DNA of 54,422 nucleotides, the filler included, from Catajapyx aquilonaris (taxonomy: Eukaryota): the NCBI GenBank assembly GCA_000934665.2. It is 2 parts of 2 records of this genome, joined end to end, with 100 filler letters (N's around TTAATTAATTAA, not from the genome) between each part and the next. Parts side by side here need not be neighbours in the genome. Positions count along the whole stretch, not along the records: positions 1 to 27,162 come from JYFJ02005098.1; 1 more part is not named here. One strand, 5' to 3'. The notes beneath the pieces are model-generated. The model was not told the DNA's origin, did no database searches, and worked only from the letters and a program-made list of their open reading frames with translations. Position numbers and translations under genes: made by a program. Shown here one piece after another: positions 12,818-25,697 of this stretch (its first letter is position 1; each line of letters begins with the position of its first letter).

Positions 12818-15028
12818 TAATTGTCACTTACACCGACGGAAATTCACTGAAAACTGATGGTGTCATTGAAGTATCTTATTTCACCAATACCTCAAGATGG
12901 CTGTTTTCCGGAACAAGCAAGAGTTATGTTATGACAGATTTGCATTTCGAGGGCCTTAGTACATGTGCAGGTGACATGACATAGGACCCCTACATTTACT
13001 TTCATTGGCATTGAATTTCTCTCGGTGAAATGCTCGTGTTCCCGGACGTAATAATCTTAAACTTTTTGCCTCTCTTTTGGATTATATACGTACGATGACC
13101 AAGTTAGTCTTTCCGAATATCTGACGTAATTGTGGTGATTATTGACAATTATCACACGCGTAATATTTTTTGCTGGAATAATGCCAAGTTTGTCAGGAAC
13201 AATGTGCCAACCAATAACACAAAAGATATAGGCCAACTTCAAATCGGCTATTATAACCTTCAGGAAAAATGTCAGTAGCGGATCTCAGCAAAATACATGT
13301 TTATTCAACGAAGGCGTGAACGACGTAATCGTTGCCCAACCATGACAGTAACAATTGGGCATTTCGGACCTTAAAGACGAAAGTTACAAGCACAAGAGGC
13401 GTGTGCCAGAGAGTGCATAAATGTTTCGCCACCATTTCTTGAGTAGTGTGTCACATGGCCTACACCCGGGTTGAACAAAAAATAGTGTCTTTCAGCTACG
13501 CACGCTCAGCTGGTGTTATTGCGAGCCCGAGATGTTAAAATGCAGGCCCCTGCCTCTAAAGCAATGTGCGAGTATGTCACTCGTACCCGTGCAGGGAAGA
13601 AAAAGTTCGTGCTCACAGAGCGGAGAACAAGAAATTTAGAAAAGTCTGGAATGGGATAGAGATTGACACTGTTGGAGCCCAATAAGGAACTATTGACCAG
13701 CTTTTATCATCAGCGATGAATTTTAGTTTGACCTGTAATTATAGTTTGAATAACATTGTGGCGGTGTCGATTCCGATTTTCTGTATTCAGGGGGTAAATT
13801 TGATCCCTCGACTAGAGATTATATCTCATGACAAAAGTTGTCAGAAATTGGACATCATGAACTTTTCTTTTTTGAAAAGAGAAGAGGAAGCAGATGAGGC
13901 TTCAAAAATAGGAGAATAACGCAGGCCCGCATGTCAGCACGTGTCAACTGCGCAATGGCATACAAAGAGGCCAATTTCACAAAAGGTTGGCGGGAGGTTG
14001 CAGCAACGAGAGCTGGCTCTGGAAAGTACGTGATCCGCATAGTATAAAAGGATACAGCTTGTGACAGTCGCCGTAGTCATATTGCACTACATAATTCACC
14101 TAGCAGGTTACCCCCCTTGTCCGCCTCCTTTCCGACATAGGTCCCCCACAACCCCATGTCTACGCTCAATTCCCATCCTGAAAAGTCACCCTGATTTTCT
14201 TATTCCTGCAGCTGTAACCCCTTCCGTTCTACCATTGCCGCTGATTCCTTTTTCCCACGCGTGTCAAGAACGGTGTCCAGGTGAGCCAATCAAACGTTGC
14301 ATCATGAAAGGTAGGTTTTTTTGAAAGGTCAGTCTGGATTCGTGGAGAATATATAGGCTCCACATTAGATCTGCGATGGTATAGTCTGCTGCTTCTAGGG
14401 AGTATGCAGTAGCTTTCAGTGCAAGGTATTGCAAATGCTTCCCAGTGGATGAATTATTGATGAGGTCAGGTCTCATCTGTACTGTATATTGCGAGCGAGA
14501 TTTGTTCTCCAAGGTACCCATGTGTAATGGCAGGTACTTCCATGCATATTTTATTCCCTTTGTTCTTGTTAGTAGCATAATAGCAATTCACAGCCTCTTT
14601 AGCACTGCATGCGTTATGATTATAGGTTGTAAGGACTGAAAAACAAATGGGACAAAAAAACCAAATGGATATGATCGTTTTTGTTACATCACGGCCAGCG
14701 AAAACGAGGAATCGCGGTGAAGATTATTTCTTGCATACTTGCAGTATTTTTTCCACTGTGTATTATTTATGATGAATAGGACTGTATGAGTTCAAAACGC
14801 AAGTGAAGGTGAAAGTTTTATGAAGTCGCAATAATTTCTGAGAGAAGAACGCGGCAGCGGCAGAGAGTGTTGACTACTTCTAAGGGATAAAATTCTGGCA
14901 TATTTTCTCCATTTTGTCATTTAGCGAATTTTTCCATTTGCACGGGCGTCATTCATTCTTATATATATATGGCGGCAGATTTTTGCCTTTCAAAATTTCC
15001 ATTTGACAGTATCCACGAAATCCACATA

Positions 15029-15614
15029 AGTAAAACTTCTATAAGTCGAACTTCCCTAAGTCGAAGTTCTCCACAAGTCGAATAATATGATGAGCTTGGT
15101 TGGTCACAATGTAAAATAATAGGAAATAAACTTCCCTAACTCGAATTTCTATAACTCGAAGTTCTCCATAACTCGAAGTGCAGGCAGGGTCTTACGATGC
15201 ATTTTCAGTCTCCCTAAGTCCAAGTTCATGTTGGCGAGTACGGGAAATTTTCTCATTTCCCAGCCGAAGGGTCGAGAGTAGGCCACATGTACAGAAAGGC
15301 TCAATTTCCTGATCTCCGTCTACCAGACATACTGAAAGAAGTGTTTGACTCGATTGTGACAATTGAATCCTTGAATCTAAGAGTAGGCAAATGTCCACAA
15401 CGGAGTTTTTTTTTACACCAAAACAACAAGGAACATTGTAAGTGTGATAGTGACAGTTATTTTAAAGTTTTGAACACCTTTCGTCACTGGATATGAAGGT
15501 AGGCTTCCTTATAGAGTTATGCGCTTATAAAAAGCCAAATTTCTCTAACTCGAATCTTTTACAACTCTAAGTTTTTCCGGTCCCATGGATATTCGACTTG
15601 TAGAAGTTTTACTG
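15029..15614. mobile_element. pogo/Tigger-type MITE (copy 1)
   Basis: (c)agtaaaacttctataagtcgaa...ttcgacttgtagaagttttactg|TA with subterminal taactcgaa repeats; closely similar direct copy at 28280-28882. Confidence 0.88.
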
Positions 15615-16181
15615 TAGATTATATCAATATGTGCCTGTATAGTAAGCCTACATTACTGTACATATGGAGCATGCCTCACGTTAATCGTAAGTGCGAGTTA
15701 GGCCTATTTGAAGGCTGTGTGACCTCATCGCATCGTAATCTGGTCGTATAGAACTTTAGATATACAGTCGGTATACAGTATAATACTGCGGTATGCTGTT
15801 GGCAGAAGTTCTCACTTGATAGCCGGGTGCAGTGAGACATGAATTGGTTACGATTGAGAACTTTGATGATGCCCGAGACTGACTATGGCTGGGAGCAAAT
15901 TCCTACTGTAAGGAAGCTTCACGTAGCTTGTACAAACCTAGGGCAAGCCAGGGGGGTCTGGTATGGGCTGGCTGGTTGCATGGGAACCCAAACCACGTAT
16001 GCTGAAGCCTAGAGAGATCCATGGGCGCGGTACACGAGCTAGCAGCTTGCACGAATGCTCTTCTCCCTGTGGAATTTACTAAATACGCTTGGAGAGGAGG
16101 AGAGAGAAACCATGCTTACCTCAATCTACTCAGCAGGCAGGATTAGTCTCATCCATTTCTCATATTTCCAATAATGATGAT

Positions 16182-16263
16182 AAAAAAAACAACAGCAGCA
16201 GCAATAATAATAATAATAATAATAATAATAATTAATAATAATAACAATAACAATAATAATAAT
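16182..16263. repeat. Compound (AAC/CAG/AAT)n microsatellite
   Basis: Visible trinucleotide runs. Confidence 0.9.
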
Positions 16264-16417
16264 CCAGCAACGTAGCGGAAGCCGACCATTTTCACCATAA
16301 ATATTGTGCACTACGGGAAGATATGATATGCCGATACTGCAGTTACAGCATAGGCCTATGATTCGAGAGTAAATTTATTATTACCGTATATTACTTTATT
16401 TGCCTTGGATACATACA

Positions 16418-16890
16418 TAGGGTGTTTCTTGCTAGTGTATAGTACGGCCGGTTGCGTACACTCGTTGGCCAAAAACAAGTAGAAAATGTAGGGGGAATAA
16501 AATAATATAATCGTATATCTATGGAGCAACTGGTAACGAGGAAGACGAACAAAAACACTGATTTGTCCTTAGACCAGTACTACCCAATCTTTTTTGTTGG
16601 TGACCCCATAAAATCATATCGTGATAATCACGACTGAGTATTTTTTGAGATCGTGCTTTGCCAGCAATGTTTATCACCTCACACTTATATCCTGCTTCCT
16701 ATGCAATCACTGTAAGGTGAGCGGGTCCAACTGACAGGGGATCTCCTTACAGAGAGGTGTCATGCTTGTTGCCGCATGTGTCTAGGGGTAGGCCAATGTT
16801 TTTGGTCGTCTACCTCGTTACCAGTTGGTTTCCCTCGATATTTCTCCCCATTATACAGTATATTTTACTTGTTTTAGGCCCGGGAATACT
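16418..16890. mobile_element. Degraded mariner-type fold-back MITE (same family as 33691-34166)
   Basis: agggtgttt start; arms caactggtaacgaggaagacgaacaaaaaca / tgtttttggtcgtctacctcgttaccagttg; core atatcctgct...gggtcca shared with 33691-34166. Confidence 0.6.
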
Positions 16891-18396
16891 CTGCGGGTCA
16901 GATGACATAGGTCTATACGTACTAATAATAAATACCATGTATAGATTAAAAATTAAAAATTATGTAATGGCTGTATTTTTCCGAATTTGACGGAATATGG
17001 AAATAATTCATTATACTGTATAACCTGCATGTCATGCAGTGTAGCTTAGTTTAGTTTATTTATCCCTGGTAGGCTTCACCCCTTTGTCATGCAGTGTGTT
17101 GAGTGCGTCTGGGCAAGAAGGGCGTATCCAAACTTGCCCCAAGTTTTCAAGAGAGCACGGCAGCAGCCAATGCAGCAGCATTCTTTGCACGGCTTATCTG
17201 TGCCAATCTTTGGAGTTTTCCGCTGTATATTTTCCCGTAGTTCGTGTTGAATGGCCACTAGGAAGTCATGTTTTGTCTGATTGGGAGGGGAATACAGTCA
17301 GTCTTGTTTACATTTTTCGTTGCCGGCAAAAAAAGTACGTCTAGGAAGGTGTTTTATGATACAAGTGTTTTATATGCAAAATCTCAGTTTTGAAGATAAT
17401 GTCAGATGCTCTCTTTCTCCGCCTACTCATTCAATTGTTGCTCTACTTTAACGAAGTATGACAATATTGCGGGATGAGAATGATGATGATGTTGTTAGAC
17501 ACTATACCAGGCAGAGTAAGGGTAACAACTATCGGGAATATTTCACTATAGAGACTATGGGTCAGTTGTATCAACTCAAATTAAGGAAACTTTTTCGAAT
17601 ATGTAGGGTATGGGCCTATAATAATTTTACTGTCGGGATTTTCGTATTATTTCCGATCGTACCCCTAAACTATAATAATTATCACATACTCGTGTACGCA
17701 ATTTGCATTTACCGGTAGGGTATCTACTGTAGAATTCTAGTGGGATGATCATAATCTTCTATACTGTAGTATAGAGACCAACCGCTGCGCTAAAAATAAT
17801 TATCAACAACACTCTACAAGAAGTAAATCTTATAAAATGCAAATGCTACCGCGTAATTATTCTTGGAAGGACAAACGGCCCAGGTGAGCTAATGTTTTTC
17901 GAGCGAAACGCGTCGTCAGTGTAAAATTCATGACCTCTTGGGCAATCAATATCGAAGTGAATTCAATATTTAAAAGCAAAGGTCGTGTGTCTGATTTTCT
18001 CCAAAGTTTGTGACTACGATTTACCCCGAGACTTTGCTACAGAAATGACTTCTGCATTAGTACACAATCAAGGATAAGAGTAGAAAGGAGTTACTTATTG
18101 TTATTTTTAATTGGCAACAAGGATCACATTTGATGTGATGTGTCATTCTTCCATTGGATGAAAAGATGACATACGATACAACTGGTATGTTTATATCGTC
18201 GAACTTCAGGTTGACGTGATCAAGGAATTCAGTATGATCAAATAATTCGAACATCTCCTCTCCATATATCCTGCCCATATTGTAAAAGCAGCAGAGTAAC
18301 CAAGTTATGGGAGGTACTACTATAGGGTTCAAATACTTTTGGCCACTTTATCCTGGTCTTGAAGCAACCCTTCGTACAGACCCCACGTTAAGGAGA

Positions 18397-18645
18397 TGTG
18401 TGTGTGTGTCGGTGGACGCGCATTGCTTTCCTTGTGAGGAATTTTGTCATTACGAGGTAGTTTTCCTGTACCTCATAGTGAACACACGCCTCACAAGGAT
18501 AGGGTAAAATCGAAAAATACCTCATAAAGACAGTAAAAATATATTTCACCAAAATTTCGAGTGTTTCTTGTAGGTTAGGTTAGTTTTAAATTTTAAATTT
18601 TGGAAAAACCTCACAAGGATAGGGATGCGCGCCTGTGCGCGCGCG
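18397..18645. mobile_element. Microsatellite-flanked repeat with internal (TAGGT)n
   Basis: (TG)n on the left and (CG/TG)n on the right; cctcacaaggataggg twice plus an inverted tccttgtgagg; internal taggttaggttag. Confidence 0.45.
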
Positions 18646-19299
18646 AAGGGTTGCTTCAAGACCAGGATAATGTGGGCAAAAGTATTTGAACCCGATAGTA
18701 CATTAATACCGACATTGCACAAACTATGTGAACGCTCTTTGTTAAAAAGTTGCACCTTAAAATGTAGTTTTGGCTTCTGTCGTATTTTAGGTGCCACCAA
18801 GGTATATTTTTCCCTCGCGTAGTACATAGTAGGAATAGCCGAAACCAAGCGTGATTGGATAAATTAGTTACTGCTCTTGGGAAGTTATGGAAGCCAGGGG
18901 TGCTATTCAGCTTGTCAATTATTAGCTCCCCTTTACCAACTGCACACTGTGCTTGTGTATTGCCGAAGTAGATCTACTCCAACTTTACCAATGAACAAGG
19001 GAAAAGACATATCAGTAACATTATGAAACTCCTAGTAGCTGACTCGCCGCCAAATTTTGGTAACACTGCTTGGCCCACCTGCTCACTTGGAAATACAGCA
19101 GTATGATAGACCCCTACCAGTTGGAGCATAGGCTGTCCCTCTGCACACTACTGTCGTGCTTCGGGGGAAAGTAGTACTACATGCACGTTGGTGAAGAGTC
19201 ACCGCGCGGACAAAGCCCCAAGGGCGCTATGATCAGCACGTCTCGCCTCCATTGACGTGGACCCCACCGTATTTGACCTCTATAAAAATAATAATAAAA

Positions 19300-20230
19300 A
19301 CAACAACAATAATAATAATAATTTATTACGTCTTGGGGGTTAGCCCTTAGGACGGAGAGAGCTTTCCCCGACACAAAATTCAGGACACAATGATACAATA
19401 AAACTCAAGTACATTAATAACATTCATCATTCATCATAGTATACCATGGGGTGCTCAGTACTGCTAATATGCTAACAAATTCAATAATTAATTGACCGTA
19501 TCGTTCATAATCCTTATGTATATCAAAATATTTATCCGTTGGTCTTGCTATAATAATATGATGCCAGCATTTTCTAACAATAGTTTTGCTTTATTAAAGA
19601 ACACAGTCATATAATTTGTAAATTTCCTGGGCCGGTATATCATCCAAAATCCAGTACAATCCATCCGGTGGGACCGAAGGCCATGATATGAGTAATGTTC
19701 TCCTCGGGACAGAAAAAAGTGCAAGTGTATAACATGTGGTGATAGTAAATTCCTCCTTGATATTGCGTAATGAACAGTAGTTCTCTAAATCTAGCTGTAT
19801 TTTGTATCCGTTTATATATATAACCAGGCTGATTCATTCCGGAGGTTAGCCACAAGTCCAATTGAATGTAGCGGTAAATTGTAGGTTAGATAATTTTCTA
19901 GAAATTGGGAATTGTTAAGTAATACATAATTAGCATATCTTTTTGAATTGTTTAGGTCTGTATAGTCCTGTTGAATCGTTGCATCAATATATGTGATTAG
20001 CATCTTTTGACTCTGACGACTATATTTCCTCTAATTGTTGAAGGGGAATGTGAAAATCTATGGCAACTACTACATAGGCGATGAGTGTTGACGGACATAT
20101 AAGCGGAAAGAGAGGATAAGGCTTTTAGGTATATTGATAGTAGTATAGCTGCTGATACTTTTACACTTAAAATGTTGACATGCTGATGCAACTTTCTACT
20201 TTCCGTTGCATATTGTGAGAATATTGGCTG
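19300..20230 (-). pseudogene. Degraded 3' end of a non-LTR retrotransposon (ORF2 C-terminus, CCHC knuckle, 3' UTR)
   Basis: Frameshifted minus-strand peptides ...ENYLTYNLPLHSIGLVANLR... and ENYCSLRNIKEEFT / YHHMLYTC resemble the LINE ORF2 C-terminal LR..CxxC..H..C motif; followed by AATAAA and a (TTA)n tail at ~19300-19327. Confidence 0.6.
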
Positions 20231-20262
20231 CACAGGGAAAGCACAAAGAAGTTTTCACCTTA

Positions 20263-20858
20263 CAAGAGAACGACACAGGGTCTCCCCCTCCGATTTCGCT
20301 GAAACTTGCATGAGGGGTTCATCATGAGCCAAAACCACAGGGGTGAAAGTCCTAAATGCAGATATTCAGCCGTTTCCGAGATATGAGCGACAAAAGCATC
20401 CGAATTTTGGCCGAGCTCATAGGGGTCGGGCGAGAAAGGAGAAAGTGCAAGGCAAAATGCGGTAGTCTATTGCCGCATTTATTAGTGAAATTTACCTGCA
20501 TATTAATTACAATCGGTTTGGGCAGGTGGAGAGATTATTATATAGCGTACATATTGAATTGATAAGGCTGAAGAGATTCCTATTACACAATTTTTTGGTA
20601 CAAAAGCCCTTGATTCGCAGTTGACAGAAGCGAAAGAAAGCAACCTTTACCACTCGACTACTGCCTTTTACCTTGCACTTGCTCCTTTCTCGCCAGACGC
20701 CTATGCGCGCGGCCAAAATTCGGATACTTCTGTCGTCATATCTCGGAAACGCTGAAGATCTGCATTTCTAACTTTCACCACTGTGGTTTTGGCTCATGAT
20801 GTACCCCTCATGCAAGTTTCAGCCAAATCAGAGGGGGAGACCCTGTGTCGTTCCCTTG
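20263..20858. mobile_element. Tc4/Tc5-type (pogo-related) MITE, ~200-bp TIRs
   Basis: c-TTA|caagagaacgacacagggtctccccctc ... gagggggagaccctgtgtcgttcccttg|TTA-g: CAAG(G/A)G..CCCTTG ends with a TNA TSD in a CTNAG target. Confidence 0.82.
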
Positions 20859-21188
20859 TTAGTGTTTTAAAAAGGGTGTTGATTCCAGGTAATGTGTGTA
20901 ATCTACATCAGTATGAGCAAATAATATTATGGAAACGAGATTGCTTTTCCAACAACGCAGCCCAAAATCGCTTGACTTCTAGTCTTAATTTTAGCATATT
21001 TGCTGTGACGTAGATGTGGGGACTAGAATAGTTACTCATGTTTACACGAGTATTGAGAGATTGGTTTTCAAAATTCCCTCATTCGGCTAAACTTTCGTAA
21101 AGCAGGATAAAGCGTTACCTGTAAAAGCCACAGGAAATAATATTAACACAATACCTGCATGATCAAATAAAATAAGTAGTAAATATTA

Positions 21189-22719
21189 CACTCTCAGCTA
21201 TGTAACTTCAATGTTGACTTCACATTTATGCAAAAACTGGATGTAAAATATAGCAGCTACCTTAATTTCTCTAGTTTTGATGCTGTTCAAAACATACATA
21301 ACTTATAATTATGTGTATGACATGTCGCCATGGCCCATTAAATATGAAATCTTGATTCTTCGTTTCATATTTGCATATAGCCTATATCAGTCACTCACAA
21401 GGGGGGGGACATGAAGTGGGCTCTGTCAGATTTGCATGAAACGTGCACAGTAGGTGTATCACAGGCCTACAATTTCACTGGTATGGGCCATTTTCTGCTA
21501 CGGCCAGCCGTTGTCGATCTATGAGGGACAATAGATCCGCATGGGTGCGTTCAGGAGAGTAAGGTGAGGAGATGGGAAGCGTTAGGAAAGCTGGCTGTTC
21601 AGTTTCCAGGGGCACGCAGCTAGTAAACAACAAGGTAACCAACAGCGCAATTCTCTAAGGAGGGGTTAGAATCACGTTAGAATCATCTTCAGTTGTTGTT
21701 CCCTTGGCAAGCTGCTTTGCAAGTGAGGCCTTTAACCCTTAACCACTTAGGTGGCCGAAACACCTTTAACTACTTCGGTGGGGCCTGAGCGGCCCCAACG
21801 GTATATTTGATTCTCTGCTTATCAGCGAAATTGTTATAGTGGACTTTTCAGATACAGAAAGTTAAGATCAGATCATTCAGCTTCCGAAAACTTAAAAATC
21901 ACACACTGAGCCAGCATATTCCGACAGAAAAATGGGTATTGTTTGTCACGGGTGGGCTGACTCTTGTCAGCCACTCGCCGCAGCACTGAGCGGCTCCAGG
22001 TGGGACATATTTCGAGTGGTTTTCTGGGTGATGGTTTCGGAAGATGTCTGCACGAAAGTGTACACCAGTTTCTCGAAGCAGCTACCCCCCCGTTTTGTTC
22101 CTGATTTGCATCGAAAGTTCTCGTTATTATTGTTTCACGTCGATAAGATGCGTGCAACATGGGTCACATATATGAAGTGAACCGTGCATTGGCATTGTGG
22201 GTACAGGGTAAGGGTAATGTGAGACGGAAAAAAAGCAAACATAAGAAATAATATTGGTCCTGAAGATGATTCGAACCCCTCCTTAGAGAATTGCGCTGCT
22301 GGTTGCCTTGTTGTTTACTAGCTGCGTGCCCCTGGAAACTGAACAGCCTGCTTTCCTAACGCTTCCCGTCTCCTTGCCTTACTCTCCTGAATGCACCCAT
22401 GCGGATCTATTGTCCCTCATAGATCGACAACGGCTGGCCGTAGCAGAAAATGGCCCATACCAGTGAAATTGTAGGCCTGTGATACACCTACTGTGCACGT
22501 TTCATGCAAATCTGACAGAGCCCACTTCATGTCCCCCCCTTGTCAGTCGGACCTGTGGATATTCTAGTAACTTGGATGCAACTATAACTTATGCAACCGG
22601 TATTTTAGACGTTGCCTACCTCAAGTAACACCTCTCCATAGAAGTTACAATGGCATTAGGTGTAACATCTAAAACGGCACCGGTAAAAAAAAAACATTGA
22701 AGTTACATGGCTGAGAGTG
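21189..22719. mobile_element. Tc1/mariner-type MITE hosting a nested Tc5-type element
   Basis: TA|cactctcagctatgtaacttcaatgtt ... aacattgaagttacatggctgagagtg|TA. Confidence 0.7.
21398..22542. mobile_element. Tc4/Tc5-type MITE, ~290-bp TIRs
   Basis: c-TCA|caagggggggg... ...cccccccttg|TCA-g; near-identical long arms (atgaagtgggctctgtcagatttgcatgaaacgtgcacagtagg...). Confidence 0.88.
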
Positions 22720-23562
22720 TACCGGTGATATGTTTTCATGTTAAGAGTGAAATGAGACATTTGAAAGATGTCTACTTTTCGGTCATTAACTTCTGAAAAA
22801 ACTTTATCGATGCTTTAATTTCTCAGCCGCACAAAGTAAAATCTCATGCTATGATAGGATTAGTAACTGTATACAGTACCTATGTGTGTAAACATAGTAG
22901 TAACAAAATCCAGATGGCTTCTGATGATGAGGCAGTCAAAAGGCAGAGCCGCATGCTATTCTGATGAGAGGCAATGCACATTACATTACTGACTGTGCGG
23001 TGGGTGGCACTGGAAAAGTTTAATTCCTGAAGGAAAGTCTTGTCTTCGAGTCGCTAGAGGATATACCTACCGTATACATGAATTATTGCTACAGTATACA
23101 GTATATGGACTTCAAAATGAAGTGAAAAAATGTACTATTGGTCAAATGTTATTGCCAAGAGTATGTACTCTATGTCTTGTGAATGCCACTACCTGCGATA
23201 TGTGCCTCAAGTGTGACGATGAGTGAGAATAATATGGGTTACACGTCACACTCATCATAGGAGAGATACGTATAATACAGAGTAGCCTAGTAATCAACGC
23301 GTGCTTTCACTCACATTTGGTCGATAGTACAATAATGCTGTGTCTGAAAAATCTTGTTTGGCAGGACACATGCAAACTCTTCATCAGAACTAAGCAGTTG
23401 TTTCTGACCCACATGCGCCATTTTACTTGGGGTGATAGTTGTAATATATCAGTATTCAGTCTTGCAAACTGTGTCAAAGAAGCAACACTGACCAGTATGT
23501 TTATTAGAACATGAAATGAGACAAGGGATTCTGCTGCTCGAGATGACCATATAGTGAATAAT

Positions 23563-24364
23563 TATGTTAGGGTCACATCCTGGAAACGGCCATCAGCTGA
23601 AAAAAACGAGGGCTGTAGGTCTGGTTGTTTCAAAACAGCCACTGCTACACGTAGACCTGGCCGTTCCTGCTCATTCATATCCCTATGGATATGGATGTCA
23701 TGAGGATATGGATGGAGCCCTTTGTGTTGGTGTGGATGTGGGGCTTTGGGGTGACTGCACGTCTGCACCAGGACTGTCCTTTGTTGTGACCCTGCCAGGC
23801 ACGGTCAGTCTCATTGCCCGATGATTTTAGTTAGTCTCGAGTGTAGCGAGCTGAGCGCTTATTGTATGTTGTGTATCTGCCCAACAAAATTGTCCGTCTT
23901 TGTATTGTACGCTGCAGGCCAACGAAAGTTATTGTCGCTTGGCCAATCGTCAATAGCTGGAATGTGCTTGGCAAAGCCACAATAACATTTGTGGCCTGCG
24001 GCGCACAACGACGGACAGTATTGTTGGGCAGATACACAACCCACAATAAGAGCTCAGCTCGCTACCCTCGCAACTGGCCAAAATTATCTGGCAAAGCGAC
24101 GGACTGTGCCTGGCAGGACATACCTGGTGCAGTCGCCCCAAAGCTCCACAGCCACACCAACACAAATAAAGGTCTCTATCCATCTCCCCATCACTTCCAT
24201 ATCCATAGAATGATATCCGAGTATTAATAAGCAGGAACGGCCAGAACTAGCTGTGGCTGTTTTAAAACGACCAGACCTAGTTCCGGCATGTTTGGAAATG
24301 ACCAGACCTAGGTATGGTCGTTTTTTCGGCCGACGGCCGTTTTCGAGGTTTCAGCCTAAACATA
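23563..24364. mobile_element. ~800-bp fold-back element (whole-length diverged palindrome)
   Basis: Left and right halves are reverse complements along their length (e.g. gtagcgagctgagcgcttattg / caataagagctcagctcgctac; ggtctggttgtttcaaaacagccac / gtggctgttttaaaacgaccagacc), centre near 23960. Confidence 0.8.
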
Positions 24365-25653
24365 TACGTACTCATACAGTGCGCGAACCACAACTTTCGA
24401 GGATTTGCGGTAACCAGCACTGGTAAGCCGAAAAGTTGATAGGAATCATTATGTACCACCCTGCATATGCAATCAGAATGAGAGAGTAAAGTTGAAGGCA
24501 AGCGTATTGGCCCTAAATATTATTAATTGAGAGGAATATTGAGATATTGGATAGGATAACAAGATTGATGGGAGCTCAAGTCCTCCATCTTTTCAGCTGC
24601 TACCATCCTCCTTGAGCGGTTTCCTAAGAACAGCTGATCCTATTTGGCTATGCATCAGCACGCGCTTCCGAATTATAACGGAGAATTGATTACCATCTTG
24701 CCAGTTAAAGGTTATGGGGATTACATCGGTTGCTGGGCGTATTGGAAGTCCGACACTGGTGTCGACATTATTTTCCATTAATTTCGCACTGGTGAAAACG
24801 GCAAGTCCAGGCATGGATTTTGGGCCAATTGTCCATTGTTTAAGTGTGTGCAGAGTCTCCCTTTGACAAGCGGTTTTCGCTGGATGCCTATAATAATTGT
24901 TCCAATTGCGTGCGCAAGAGGATAAGGAGATTAAATCATTATTGGGGCTAATGTGTCGCATTTCCACGCTCTTATTTGTGAACTACAAGTTGTAACACCC
25001 GAGCACGAAACTGCATGCACAGTGTTGCATATTTGGAGGATGATTGCAGCTGTGGCCCTTCCCAAAACGAGCGCATCCTGCCAAACTTCTCAGGTGGAAA
25101 ATAAACTCTGCAACCACCCACATGCACAGAACAATACGCTGATTCCCACTGCCTTCCAAAACGTGAGCAGTTTCCATCATTATGCATGCCATACGGAACT
25201 TGTGGAAATTATATCGGTCTCCTCCTCTTGCACATGATGCGTTGCCACTTTTCGCCCACCTTTGTTGGTGCGTATTGTCGCGGGAGCAGTTGGACTGATG
25301 CTGGTTGAGTCAAATTGAGTAAGTGGAGGCTCTTAAATATAAACTGTCGACCATTCGACGTCCGTTTGGCAGATTCTTGACAGCTGTATAAGCCGGGATC
25401 GCAGGTGCTTCTTCGTGGGCACACTATATTGATTTTCAATACTCCGGATAGATTACTTTTACCGACTTCCTTCCAACTCGTCAAGTTATTTTTGTGTCGA
25501 TGAACTTGAAGAGAGAAATAAATGACTGGCAACTTCTGGATGAGGCCGACAGGTTGGCAGAGGTGCGGGAGGGGTTTCTAATTACCGTTCTGGGTCTAGC
25601 CAAAATGCCTGTAGGCTCACAAGTGCTGCCATTCTGTAATCTAGGACTGAGGC

Positions 25654-25697
<44 letters not shown>
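25654..25697. repeat. (CTGG)n microsatellite
   Basis: Perfect tetranucleotide run. Confidence 0.97.

Noticed and set aside
12304..12984. 226-aa ORF, the longest in the track
   Set aside because: It runs antisense through a TSD-bounded SINE, starts at GTG and has no recognisable motif.
24593..25532. Possible decayed FLYWCH/MULE-type transposase (RYNFHK, HSCNHPP)
   Set aside because: Only scattered short motifs across frames, too weak to call without a profile search.
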